From: a virus
Taxonomy: Duplodnaviria; Caudoviricetes
Direction: 5' to 3' (one strand)
Length of the DNA stretch: 54,162 nucleotides
Virus record (IMG/VR): IMGVR_UViG_3300044655_000258
Location: 1 to 54,162 of that record
The position numbers and the translations under genes were made by a program. Of the stretch, positions 24,249 to 33,323 are shown piece by piece. The notes below the pieces were generated by a model. That model was not told the origin of the DNA, searched no databases, and was given only the letters and a program-made list of their open reading frames with translations. Positions within the stretch are counted from its first letter, which is position 1, and every line of letters starts with the position of its first letter.

Positions 24249-25858
24249 AGTACATCTCCTTCAGGCTCGTCTTCAATCTCAAACATTCTACCTGTCTCTT
24301 TGTTGTAGAGCAAGCTGCATGCTGGACCAGTGACACCACTGTATCGATTCTTCAACACACGCACACGGGTGGTGTTGCGCTCAACCAAGTCTTCAGCCTG
24401 ACCGTTACGCTCAAGACCAATCACCATGTCACTAAGCTGTGCAATGGATGCAGACCCACGCAGCTGTGCAAGCGATGTTGCTGCACCTTCTTCATGGCCC
24501 TTATCGCTTGGACGTTTCAAGTGGCTGACCAAGATGAGAGCAATGTTGGTTTCTTGCACCAGCATACGCAGCTTTGTCATCACCTCATCCAATGCTTTGC
24601 GTTCGTCACCACTCTCCTGACTTGAGATGATGATGGACAAGTGATCAAGGAACACATACTTGCACGACATACCCTTAGCCAAATAGCGCACACGGTTGAC
24701 GATGTTCTCAATGCTCGTGCTTCCAAAGTGGTCGAAGAGATAGAGTCGACCTGTACCAAGTGTGTTCTCGAAAGCAATCTTTCTGTCGTCCTCTGACACA
24801 GCAGTGTCGGGCAAATGCAAAGGCACGTTAGCTGCCATCGACATCATAGACAACGCAGTCTTACGCACACTCTCTTCAAGGAACATCAAGCCGATGTTGT
24901 CTTCAGTGTTCTTGATCAGGTGCCATGCCAACTCACGCAGCACTTGCGACTTACCCAATCCGCTACCAGCGGTGATGGTGACAAGCTCACCCAAGCGGAT
25001 ACCATAGGTTAGTTCATTCAGTCCAGCCCAAGGATACTTGCAATCGGCAGGTGCCATAGGCTCTGACACTAAGTCCCACAATGTGCTGCCAGAGACAATG
25101 CCATCTGGTACAAAGGGTTCGCTGGCCCACCAACGACTAACATACTGTGCTTCTTTGCTCTCGCTAAGCCAGTCGCATGCATCTTTAAGATCTGGTAGAG
25201 GCTTGAACAACTTGCACTTGTTGCCGAACAACTCAGCAACTTCTTTAGCAGCTTTCCTACCCGGTTCATCACCGTCAAAGTTGACAACGATGGTTTCAAA
25301 GCTGTTCAGATATTCATACTGTGCTTTGCAATCCTTCAAGGCTGAGCCAGCACCGTTACGCACAGATACTACAGGCCACTTACTACCTGTCATCTGGAAT
25401 GCAGCCAGTGCATCGAACTCACCTTCAGTGATGGTGATGTACTTGCCACCGGACGGGTAGAGGTTCTGCCCAAACAATGTACCTGTTGTCCACTTACCTA
25501 CAGTGGAGAACTTCTTATCCGCTACAGGTCTAACCTTAGCTGCAACAAGCTGACTGTCCTTGTCGTAGTAGGGGAAGTAGAAGTTGCCGCTCTCACGAAC
25601 AACACCATACTTCTCCATCGTACTCTTGGTGATGCGGCGCTCACTCACTGAGACAGAGTTGCCGTTGTTGAAAGCTTTGACAAAGCTCATGTCTGCAATT
25701 GGTTCAATCACTTTTGTTTCCTTGATGATGGTGATGTTTTCGGAAGAGGGTGTGTGTGTACTGCACACGAAGCAGTAGGTGGAGTGGTCGTCGTTGAGCG
25801 ATGCACCATCACTACTACCGCAGTGTTCACAGCTTATGTGTGTGCGAATGAATGCCAT
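24245..25858 (-). CDS. T7 gp4-like DNA primase-helicase
   Basis: CEHC/CFVC Zn ribbon, ITEGEFDA and FDGD TOPRIM, AGSGLGKS, LDHL, LRGSASIAQLSD, KNR. Confidence 0.96.
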   Translation of the reverse strand: MAFIRTHISCEHCGSSDGASLNDDHSTYCFVCSTHTPSSENITIIKETKVIEPIADMSFVKAFNNGNSVSVSERRITKSTMEKYGVVRESGNFYFPYYDKDSQLVAAKVRPVADKKFSTVGKWTTGTLFGQNLYPSGGKYITITEGEFDALAAFQMTGSKWPVVSVRNGAGSALKDCKAQYEYLNSFETIVVNFDGDEPGRKAAKEVAELFGNKCKLFKPLPDLKDACDWLSESKEAQYVSRWWASEPFVPDGIVSGSTLWDLVSEPMAPADCKYPWAGLNELTYGIRLGELVTITAGSGLGKSQVLRELAWHLIKNTEDNIGLMFLEESVRKTALSMMSMAANVPLHLPDTAVSEDDRKIAFENTLGTGRLYLFDHFGSTSIENIVNRVRYLAKGMSCKYVFLDHLSIIISSQESGDERKALDEVMTKLRMLVQETNIALILVSHLKRPSDKGHEEGAATSLAQLRGSASIAQLSDMVIGLERNGQAEDLVERNTTRVRVLKNRYSGVTGPACSLLYNKETGRMFEIEDEPEGDVL

Positions 25859-25860
25859 AG

Positions 25861-26010
25861 TTATTTGATGTTAAGCCACAACCCAACCTGAGCAAACGCA
25901 TAGCCTGTCCAGATCATACCGTTGCTCAGTTCGCCCTTGCTCCATTGAAGAACGCCGACGATGAGGTAGCCTATGCCTGTAGCGGCAACGATGGTTTGTT
26001 CAATGTTCAT
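25861..26010 (-). CDS. Small membrane protein
   Basis: MNIEQTIVAATGIGYLIVG..., two hydrophobic segments, 49 aa. Confidence 0.65.
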   Translation of the reverse strand: MNIEQTIVAATGIGYLIVGVLQWSKGELSNGMIWTGYAFAQVGLWLNIK

Positions 26011-26011
26011 G

Positions 26012-26485
26012 TTAGTCCCACAAGTTCTGAAAGTATTTACCGAACAACTCAAAGCCTCGCTGCTTACGTGCGTTGTAAGCATCCAAGCCTTCGTGGTCAC
26101 ACTTAATCTGTGACACCTGCTCAAACAAGTCAGCCTCTTCATTCACTTCGCTGTGATCAAAGAACTTGTCATCGCCTGTGCCTTCAGCATGCTCTGTCAA
26201 CGCCCATATCATCTCGTCCAAGACCCAATCCCAACGCTTGTGGAAGTTGTCGTCAGTGTCCCATTCATTCTCAACAGGGGGTGCTGACGTGCTACGCAAC
26301 TCTTCAGGTACGTCCTCGTCATCCACCATACCTGAGCCATGCTTGGTCAGCTTCAGTTGTTGAAGCAGCGGTGCAGCAATGAGGGCTATGGTGTGGTCAG
26401 CATTCCAGCTATCCCACTTGTCAATGAATACATCCTCTTGTCGAGGGGTGCCATCGTCTTGATAGGGTCCGAGAAACACTTTCAT
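26012..26485 (-). CDS. Conserved phage hypothetical protein
   Basis: WDSWNADHT...KHG...WDWVLDEMIWA...GFELFGKYFQNLWD. Confidence 0.8.
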   Translation of the reverse strand: MKVFLGPYQDDGTPRQEDVFIDKWDSWNADHTIALIAAPLLQQLKLTKHGSGMVDDEDVPEELRSTSAPPVENEWDTDDNFHKRWDWVLDEMIWALTEHAEGTGDDKFFDHSEVNEEADLFEQVSQIKCDHEGLDAYNARKQRGFELFGKYFQNLWD

Positions 26486-26736
26486 TTCGTACCTGCCTTG
26501 CTGTATATGTGCATCAGTTTGCTACGGATGATGGCATCCTCACGTTCACGAGCGCTGCCATAGATGGTGCCATAGTTGACGTTGTCCTTACGCTTACGCT
26601 CCACCACCTCTGTTGCCAGCTGTGAGCCTGTCTTAGCAGACTGCTTAGCTTTGAAGACTAGGTCGTCAGCGAAGATGGAAGGACGTGGATGTTGTGCCCA
26701 CAGGAACGGGCTTGTTGGAGGGCAGGTGCAGGTCAT
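26482..26736 (-). CDS. Hypothetical protein
   Basis: 84 aa, ATGA-coupled on both sides. Confidence 0.65.
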   Translation of the reverse strand: MTCTCPPTSPFLWAQHPRPSIFADDLVFKAKQSAKTGSQLATEVVERKRKDNVNYGTIYGSAREREDAIIRSKLMHIYSKAGTK

Positions 26737-27377
26737 GATTGTTCTCCAAAGAAAGCAGACATTGTTACAGGTGCAACATCACGCAGCACAACCAGTGCAT
26801 CCTGTGCCACCAGTCGATGTTCCTTCTGTGTAGACGGATCAAGTCGTGCTTGCAAGAATGTAATCCAGCTACGCATAGTGCCGTTGACGTACAGCTTAGA
26901 TGGTGTCAACCCTTCAGGCAGGAGAGCACGGGCTTGTTCTTTGGCAATGCCACGATTCAATGCTTCACCGTACAAATACTCAGCCTCACCAATCATCCTA
27001 GCCTGTGCTGCTGCCCACCACACTGTGAGGTCGAAGTCGTCTGTCTCTAAAGAGTTCTGTCGATTCTTGTCGTCTTGCAAACGGCATTCACGAATAGCGA
27101 AGTCACCGAGTTGTGTAGCGTCAGCATATCTTTGAGAGAATTCTTGGAAGCTAAAGCTTCTGTGTCGCAATAGTTGTCGGGCAATGTCGCGAGTGGTCGA
27201 CACTTCAAGACACACACTAGCCATCTCAAACACAGACCAGTGTGCATTCTTTGCACAATACTTCAGCAGCCCTGCCACGTTGGGGTTGTCTTGGTTGCCG
27301 GGGTTACTGACACGGGCGCAATAGCCGATGTGTTTGTCTGCGTCTGGTGTTGCCCAGATAAGTTTTACGCTGCTCAT
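26733..27377 (-). CDS. thyX: Flavin-dependent thymidylate synthase
   Basis: ARVS, HWSVFE, RHRSFSFQEFSQRY, AKEQARALLP, QKEHR. Confidence 0.96.
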   Translation of the reverse strand: MSSVKLIWATPDADKHIGYCARVSNPGNQDNPNVAGLLKYCAKNAHWSVFEMASVCLEVSTTRDIARQLLRHRSFSFQEFSQRYADATQLGDFAIRECRLQDDKNRQNSLETDDFDLTVWWAAAQARMIGEAEYLYGEALNRGIAKEQARALLPEGLTPSKLYVNGTMRSWITFLQARLDPSTQKEHRLVAQDALVVLRDVAPVTMSAFFGEQS

Positions 27378-27385
27378 ATCTTTCC

Positions 27386-28489
27386 TTAAAACATTGGTTG
27401 TAAGTCTCTCATGTCCTGAGCCACTGTCGCAGACTTGAGTGTGTGTCTGATGTACGGTGTCAGACTTGATGGTGTTGCATGACCAGTCAACGACATGATG
27501 TTAGTGGTTGCTACACCAGCCATCACCATCTCTGTCACTGCAGTGCGGCGCAGGTCCATAAGCTGTAGCTCATCAGGCAGTTGAGCGTCTTGCATTATAG
27601 CTCTGCCAGCCTTAGCCAGTCCTTGCAAACTATACGGCTGTAGTATGCCAGCAACAGTGCGTGTCGTAGGGAACACATACTTCTGCCAGCCAAGCTCGTC
27701 ACGTTGCTGCTTCAACATTTGTTGCAGGTCTTTAGGTAGCGGGATAGATACCCTTGCCCTGCGCTTGCTCTGTGTCAGCGACAACGTACCTGTCTCAACA
27801 TCATAGCTGTCCCATGTCAACAGACGCATGTCGCCCAAGCGCTGTGCTGCACAATAGGCTGTATAAATCAACAGTGCTAAGCTGCGTGTCTCAAACTTGC
27901 TGAACGCCACAGTCATGAAAGCTTTGATGTGTTCGCGCTCCCATGTCACACGCCTTGGCTTACTTGTTTGTTTCTTCACAGCAGTGAAGGGATTGAAGGT
28001 GGTGAAGCCATTGCGAATGGCATAGCTAAACAACAAACGATAGACAGCCAGCACATGACTAGCCAAGCTAATGCTATGTGCAGCATGCAGGTCATAGATG
28101 CGCTGCATAGATGGTGTTGTCAGGTCTTGCAGCCTGCTGGCATACAGTGTAGTGTGTGTTGCTTTGTCACCTGCCCAGCGCTTGAGGTAGTAGACATAGT
28201 CTTCCTTGCTCTTGCTTGACAGCTTGCTGTAGTCGATGGAGTTGATGTAGCTCTTGACCAGATCCAACACTGTGCTCTTGGTGGTGAGGTGTTTCAGGTA
28301 GCGATGTTCCTTGCGCCACTCATCAAGCACATCGTTCTGTTCGTTGCAATAGTTGATGGCATCGACAAGGTTGGTGCCCAATGCTTTGCGCTTGACGACA
28401 CCAGCTTCAACAGCATCAGATGGTGGTGCATACTTGTAAGAGACTACGCCGTTGCGGTCAACGTGTTGCATGTAACGTGCTAGTTTCAT
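27386..28489 (-). CDS. Tyrosine recombinase/integrase
   Basis: AQRLGD (R), QSKR (K), DLRRT, TGH, catalytic Y in LTPY; ATGA-coupled start at 28489. Confidence 0.9.
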   Translation of the reverse strand: MKLARYMQHVDRNGVVSYKYAPPSDAVEAGVVKRKALGTNLVDAINYCNEQNDVLDEWRKEHRYLKHLTTKSTVLDLVKSYINSIDYSKLSSKSKEDYVYYLKRWAGDKATHTTLYASRLQDLTTPSMQRIYDLHAAHSISLASHVLAVYRLLFSYAIRNGFTTFNPFTAVKKQTSKPRRVTWEREHIKAFMTVAFSKFETRSLALLIYTAYCAAQRLGDMRLLTWDSYDVETGTLSLTQSKRRARVSIPLPKDLQQMLKQQRDELGWQKYVFPTTRTVAGILQPYSLQGLAKAGRAIMQDAQLPDELQLMDLRRTAVTEMVMAGVATTNIMSLTGHATPSSLTPYIRHTLKSATVAQDMRDLQPMF

Positions 28490-28614
28490 AGCTTTGCTTT
28501 CCCGGTAAGAACCCAAACAATCGGGAACATGAACAGTCTGACAAGCCGCCCAAGGACTGACGAGCCACCGCTTGTGTCAAAGTCAATCGTGTATTCTTTT
28601 TTGTCGGTCTTCAT
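28486..28614 (-). CDS. Small hypothetical protein
   Basis: Not in ORF track; MKTDKKEYTIDF..., 42 aa, ATGA overlaps at both ends. Confidence 0.55.
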   Translation of the reverse strand: MKTDKKEYTIDFDTSGGSSVLGRLVRLFMFPIVWVLTGKAKL

Positions 28615-29117
28615 GTGTTGTCCTTAATGCAATCATCAACTGCCTTGTCAACTTCTTCTGGCGAGTACAGGCCGTGGTCGTAGCCACCTAAGTCCCATGT
28701 TCGCAGTACCTTATATCTGGCGGCTTGGTGCTCAAGCTCTTTGATCCGTTCGCTCAGCAGCTCACGCTCGTCAGCCCTCTCCTGCTCCAGCCTTGCCCTA
28801 AAAGCGTTGGCAATGAAGTCAAAGAATAGCTTGGCGCTCTCGTCTGCATCACCAGTAAACGTCATCTCTGGCCCATTGAAATTCAGCTCACCAACTTGTT
28901 TGCCATCACGGTGGAAGGTGATGTTGTAGTTGGGCTTCATTTCAAGTAGGGTGATTGGTAATTCCGATGGCTGCTTGAATGTGTAGGTCCATGGCTCATA
29001 GTCCAGCCCCAACTCACGGGCGTTATCTGCCTTCTTGTCGAGGGCTTGCTGCTTCGGGATGCAGCCGTGCTTCATGCAGTGCGCCACGGTTTCGCACTCG
29101 TCACATAGTTTGCTCAT
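28611..29117 (-). CDS. Hypothetical early protein (mosaic)
   Basis: 168 aa, ALDKKADNARELGLDYE module. Confidence 0.75.
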   Translation of the reverse strand: MSKLCDECETVAHCMKHGCIPKQQALDKKADNARELGLDYEPWTYTFKQPSELPITLLEMKPNYNITFHRDGKQVGELNFNGPEMTFTGDADESAKLFFDFIANAFRARLEQERADERELLSERIKELEHQAARYKVLRTWDLGGYDHGLYSPEEVDKAVDDCIKDNT

Positions 29118-29359
29118 GTGTTCTTCTCCTTGAGTTTGGCTTCGAGGGCTTCGGCGTAATCTTCATAGTCAAGCGTCATGCCATCCTTGTCATACAAGGC
29201 TGCACTTTTCTCGGATTCCGTCAGCCCAACCCATGTGCGCTGTGCTCTCTCGTCAGCACGGACAAGCTCGGCTAGTCTGTGTATCTCAGGCATGTACTCC
29301 TGAAACAATCCCCAGTCGTCACCCGCAGCTTCACGGGCCATCTCAATAGTTGTTCTCAT
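29114..29359 (-). CDS. Hypothetical early protein
   Basis: 81 aa, RADER/WVGLT modules. Confidence 0.75.
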   Translation of the reverse strand: MRTTIEMAREAAGDDWGLFQEYMPEIHRLAELVRADERAQRTWVGLTESEKSAALYDKDGMTLDYEDYAEALEAKLKEKNT

Positions 29360-29532
29360 TTCTGTTCCTCATTCTGTACAGATTGCATACGTTGTTTACA
29401 ATGAGCAACACAGACACCACAGATGTGCTTACCTGTACCGCTTGAGAAGAAGTGCTTAGCGTCTGTCTCGGGTGTGCCACAGAAGCTACACTTCGGGATG
29501 GGTCTTTTGAATGGTAGTACTTCAGTGGTCAT
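29356..29532 (-). CDS. Standalone ClpX-type C4 zinc-finger protein
   Basis: Not in ORF track; KCSFCG-x16-ICGVCVAHC, 58 aa, GAGGAG RBS, ATGA-coupled. Confidence 0.75.
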   Translation of the reverse strand: MTTEVLPFKRPIPKCSFCGTPETDAKHFFSSGTGKHICGVCVAHCKQRMQSVQNEEQK

Positions 29533-29714
29533 TGCTTCTCCTCAATTGCATCATTTACTTGATGAGCGTCAAGCTGCGCAGACCACATACTCACGGAGCA
29601 TCTACGCTTGATTGATCCACACTTCTCGCATTCACATACTTGATGTAAGTTGCCATTGAAGTCTTGGATCACCCTGCTCCAACGACCCCACTTGTGCCAA
29701 CAAAATTTAAACAT
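29529..29714 (-). CDS. Small Cys/His zinc-binding phage protein
   Basis: FCWHKW...CEKCG. Confidence 0.65.
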   Translation of the reverse strand: MFKFCWHKWGRWSRVIQDFNGNLHQVCECEKCGSIKRRCSVSMWSAQLDAHQVNDAIEEKQ

Positions 29715-29913
29715 TGCTTTCTTCCTTTCGTTTCTTAGGCAGAGGTGCCCACCCTACCCAGAATGTTTCCTTACCGTGATACTCTCCGTACACAGCAACA
29801 CCATGCACACTGAGTAGCTGCACCTTCGCAGACTTCGGGCATGTCTCCATTGGTTGCCAATAGTATTCGGTGTCGACGATGGCTGTGCCGTCCTTGGTTA
29901 GTCTAACTGTCAT
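29707..29913 (-). CDS. Hypothetical protein
   Basis: WQPMETCP...KVQLL...GWAPLP. Confidence 0.7.
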   Translation of the reverse strand: MTVRLTKDGTAIVDTEYYWQPMETCPKSAKVQLLSVHGVAVYGEYHGKETFWVGWAPLPKKRKEESNV

Positions 29914-30734
29914 GTGTTCCCCATAGCATAAAGCTTTTGTGCAACAGCAAGCAACTCGTCATGCTGTACCAGCTTATCAAGCCACCGTTGAGGGATGGCA
30001 TCGTAGCCATACAAACGACCAGCAATCATACCTGTCACAGCACCAACTGTGTCAGCGTCACCACCCTTGTTGATGGCATGGACAACAGCGTCTTCAAAGG
30101 ACGATGTTGCACAGACAGACTGCCATGCCGATGCATAGCATCCCATCACTGTGCCGCTCTCTTCCTTGATGCCCTTGTCGAACAGGGCTTGATCACCAAC
30201 GGTGACACCATCAAACAACTCAGCAGCCAGTGCAGCGCTGTAGGCTACGCAGTTGCCAGTGCCATGAGTGAGTAAGCCACCAGCTACGCTGTCAGCAATC
30301 GCCATCGTCTTGTTGTTGTGGTTGAACAGGATGTGTGGTGCCAGTCGCATGATGCCACCGTTACCGTCTGTCATGAACGAACAACAGCCACCGAAGGGAC
30401 GCTTGTTAGAGCTTGCACTCAGCGCTTCAGCAGTAGTAGTTCCAATATCAAAACAATAAGATCGAGTGCCGAATGTTCCACTGTTTCTCCATTGCTTGAA
30501 GTTTTGGGCGATAGCGCCCGGTGCAAAGCGTTTGTATGAGATGTATGCATCAGCGATAGCCATCGCCATAGCACCATCATCTGTCCACTCACCGGGGCTT
30601 GTCTCATGCACACCACCACCGACCATGTCCTTGAGTGGGTTGCCAGTGTTAGGCTCTGTGAATTCCAATGGTGCGCCGAGTGCATCACCAATAAACAAAC
30701 CCATGAACATACCGATAGCGTTGTTGTTTTGCAT
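29910..30734 (-). CDS. ADP-ribosylglycohydrolase (DraG/ARH family)
   Basis: GDALGAPLEF, WTDD, DIG.TT, GNGGIMR, TH, GGDADT; start MQNNNA after an AAGGA RBS. Confidence 0.93.
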   Translation of the reverse strand: MQNNNAIGMFMGLFIGDALGAPLEFTEPNTGNPLKDMVGGGVHETSPGEWTDDGAMAMAIADAYISYKRFAPGAIAQNFKQWRNSGTFGTRSYCFDIGTTTAEALSASSNKRPFGGCCSFMTDGNGGIMRLAPHILFNHNNKTMAIADSVAGGLLTHGTGNCVAYSAALAAELFDGVTVGDQALFDKGIKEESGTVMGCYASAWQSVCATSSFEDAVVHAINKGGDADTVGAVTGMIAGRLYGYDAIPQRWLDKLVQHDELLAVAQKLYAMGNT

Positions 30735-30756
30735 GCACTTCCTTGTGTTGTTGTGT

Positions 30757-30831
30757 TGGTGTGACGTACTGGATTCGAACCAATGACCAAGCAATTATGA
30801 GCTGCCTGCTCTACCACTGAGCTAACGTCAC
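30757..30831 (-). tRNA. tRNA with CAT anticodon, probably tRNA-Ile2
   Basis: Acceptor GTGACGT/ACGTCAC, D-arm GCTC/GAGC, loop CTCATAA, TTCGAAT T-loop, encoded CCA; anticodon arm resembles enterobacterial Ile2. Confidence 0.9.
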
Positions 30832-30903
30832 GTTTGCACGTCTCTCCGTGCTGTCACCGATTGTCTAACAGAAAAACCCCATAGCGGTTAAGGCCATCAG
30901 CGT

Positions 30904-31743
30904 TTACGCTGTCACAAACTCATCAGCAATGTTCCACAGTTCTGTGTTGATACGCACAGCTTCCTTGATGGAGTTGACTGGTCGAGCCTTACGCATGACA
31001 CCTTCAGGATGTGTCTCAGTGATGGAGCGAATCATTGCATTGCCACGGATGACACCTTCTTGGATACGGTTGAACACAGTCCAAGCATCGTAGCCCTCGT
31101 CACCGTTACGGCGTACATTCATCACGTCCTTGACCGTCTGTGCCACAGCATAAGCACCACGGGGTTGACCTGTGTAGTCTGCCCAACGGGTAGCAACACC
31201 AGCAATAGCCATGTCATGTACATCACCAGTGGACAACGACACACCACGCATCCTGTCAATGCGGCCCATCAACTCAGGCAATGTAGCCACGGTGTTGCGC
31301 AGCATCTCTTCAAAGCCGTTCAATGCTTTGCTGTGGTAGATGCGAGACTGGAAGCCATCACCTGCCACGATGCCATTGGAGCAGATGAAACGGAATGCAC
31401 CAGCAAACAGCTTCACTGAGCCTGTGCCATCGTGAGAGTTGTACATGATGATTTCAGGACGGATGTCACCAGCTTCGATGATGTCAGTGGTGCGGCTGAA
31501 TGCCAGCATGTGAGCAGCATGTTCAGCGCTTGCCTTACGGCTACGTTTCTGTGCAGCCTGTGTCGGCAGGTATCCATAGTCTGCCATGATGGGCAGCACA
31601 TCACTTGTGTTGAGGGATACGTAACGGTCTGTCAAACGGTCAGACTTGGTAGTGCTGAACGCAGCAGGGGCACGGTGTTGGATCTGCTCAAGTGTCAGAG
31701 CGGAGTTGTCAATGTTGCGGGAGAAGATGACGTGATTTGCCAT
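30904..31743 (-). CDS. DUF932/DUF945 family protein
   Basis: NSHDGTGS, GAFRFICSNG, WTVFNRIQE, N.ELW. Confidence 0.88.
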   Translation of the reverse strand: MANHVIFSRNIDNSALTLEQIQHRAPAAFSTTKSDRLTDRYVSLNTSDVLPIMADYGYLPTQAAQKRSRKASAEHAAHMLAFSRTTDIIEAGDIRPEIIMYNSHDGTGSVKLFAGAFRFICSNGIVAGDGFQSRIYHSKALNGFEEMLRNTVATLPELMGRIDRMRGVSLSTGDVHDMAIAGVATRWADYTGQPRGAYAVAQTVKDVMNVRRNGDEGYDAWTVFNRIQEGVIRGNAMIRSITETHPEGVMRKARPVNSIKEAVRINTELWNIADEFVTA

Positions 31744-31807
31744 GATTGTTTCCTTAGTAGGGTTTGCCTTGCGGCGGGGATAGGCATTGCTGCCGAGTTG
31801 GGCCTTC

Positions 31808-31837
31808 AGTGTAAAGGCTTTCCAGATGGCTTGTCAA
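31808..31837 (-). promoter_or_regulatory. Early sigma70 promoter
   Basis: TTGACA-18bp-TACACT, with an imperfect inverted repeat around the -35. Confidence 0.8.
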
Positions 31838-31863
31838 ATAAACCATCCAGAAAACCCTACAAA

Positions 31864-32103
31864 TTAGTCGGGCTTTGCTTTCTTCACAAGCGGTGCAACT
31901 TCAGCCCATGCTTGCAGATGTATCACTTCGTTCTTCATGTTCAGGCAGTAGCTGTACATACCGTCGATGTGATCAAAGAATACCACCTCGTCAATACCTG
32001 TACCGTCCATCCACGGTAGCTTGATAAAGCTGCGAGGCTTCACCTTGTACAACTCACGCACTGGCAGCACATCGAAGTCTGCTATATCAATTTCACTCAA
32101 CAT
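31864..32103 (-). CDS. Hypothetical protein
   Basis: 79 aa, FDHIDGMYSYC. Confidence 0.75.
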   Translation of the reverse strand: MLSEIDIADFDVLPVRELYKVKPRSFIKLPWMDGTGIDEVVFFDHIDGMYSYCLNMKNEVIHLQAWAEVAPLVKKAKPD

Positions 32104-32285
32104 GTTTGTTTTCCTAACGTTTTTTCACGGTCTATATCGTTTTGTAGCGCCACACCACCATCGATATAGCCTTGTCTGTATTGCTGTGCTTCCCAGCTTG
32201 TGTCGGTCATGAACATACGTGACGCTGGCTGCTTACGAAACCCATGAAGCCTACCTATTGTGTATGGTACAGAATTATTCATCAC
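32097..32285 (-). CDS. Hypothetical protein
   Basis: 62 aa, YRQGYIDG. Confidence 0.6.
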   Translation of the reverse strand: MMNNSVPYTIGRLHGFRKQPASRMFMTDTSWEAQQYRQGYIDGGVALQNDIDREKTLGKQTC

Positions 32286-32502
32286 GCACCTTCACCAATG
32301 CATCAGCAAGTTTGTATGCATAGCGGCTAAGCTCTAGCGGGTCTGACACAGACACACCACTGGCAAGCACACCCTTAATTATCTCCAGCGAGAACGTATC
32401 ACGCAGGGTTGGTTCAGCTTTCTCAGCGAATGAGGGACGGCCTCGGCTACGTGTCGGCTTCTCAGAAGCCATTGACGTTTCATGCAAAGTTGTGTCGTTC
32501 AT
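32275..32502 (-). CDS. Hypothetical protein
   Basis: RGRP, TLRDTF...AYKLADAL. Confidence 0.7.
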   Translation of the reverse strand: MNDTTLHETSMASEKPTRSRGRPSFAEKAEPTLRDTFSLEIIKGVLASGVSVSDPLELSRYAYKLADALVKVRDE

Positions 32503-32503
32503 G

Positions 32504-32968
32504 TTAGTTCTTTCTATAGAAAATGTGGTTGTTGATGACACCAATTTTGTCCAGCGACTTACGCCAGATTGGTTTCACCTTCTTCGTGTGGTAGTGGGTA
32601 GCACCACCTGTAATGTCCTGCATAGCACCTGTCATAGCCTGTGCTGCTACAGCATACACCACAGCGGTGTCACCTGTCATTGGCTTGTCACGACCCTTCG
32701 CAGTGTTGGCCCAGCTAAATTGCTTTGGTGCATACACCACGTCACAGACACTGGTGTTGGCCTGTGCTGCCCTGTTCAATGTCACAGCAGCAACAGCTTG
32801 CATGCCTTCAACACCCTCACCACGTGCCTCATGGTAGATGTTCTTCATCATGCAGCACCACTCTGAAGCCACTGCAGGGGACGGTGTCGGTGCATGGTCA
32901 CAAGAGGCTGTGCTGAGTAGCAAAGCACCAAGGAAGACGGTGATGGGGATGTGTCGGGCTATGCTCAT
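32504..32968 (-). CDS. Cell wall hydrolase (SleB/Hydrolase_2 family)
   Basis: NIYHEARGE, V..V.LNR, QFSW, GATHYH, HIFY; hydrophobic N-terminus. Confidence 0.92.
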   Translation of the reverse strand: MSIARHIPITVFLGALLLSTASCDHAPTPSPAVASEWCCMMKNIYHEARGEGVEGMQAVAAVTLNRAAQANTSVCDVVYAPKQFSWANTAKGRDKPMTGDTAVVYAVAAQAMTGAMQDITGGATHYHTKKVKPIWRKSLDKIGVINNHIFYRKN

Positions 32969-32969
32969 G

Positions 32970-33323
32970 TCACACTCCCTGTTCCTCTGCCATCAATGCT
33001 GCCCACTTGAGCCACATGTAACGCATGCCTTGTACAGACTCAACAGTTTCGGTAAAGAAAACAGGGTCGCCATGTTTTCTGAACAGCGTTGGTGAGTTCC
33101 TATCACAGCCCATGTTTACTAGACCAGTAAGAACATCATCTAAAAGGAACTCTTTATCAACAGCCCCATTGTGTATGAAATAGGCATCAATGACAGCGGA
33201 ACAACTGAACTTGTTCTTGCGGGGTTCAGTTGAGCCTTTGCTGCCTAGGCAATGATCAGCAGCATAGTGCAACACATCAGATATTAAAAGCTTTTTCTTT
33301 TTCATAGGTTTCGTTGCACTCAT
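32970..33323 (-). CDS. Hypothetical early protein
   Basis: 117-aa ORF in operon. Confidence 0.7.
   Translation of the reverse strand: MSATKPMKKKKLLISDVLHYAADHCLGSKGSTEPRKNKFSCSAVIDAYFIHNGAVDKEFLLDDVLTGLVNMGCDRNSPTLFRKHGDPVFFTETVESVQGMRYMWLKWAALMAEEQGV

Noticed and set aside
30735-30794. N-terminal extension of the ADP-ribosylhydrolase in the ORF track
   Set aside because: It overlaps the tRNA; the RBS supports ATG 30734.
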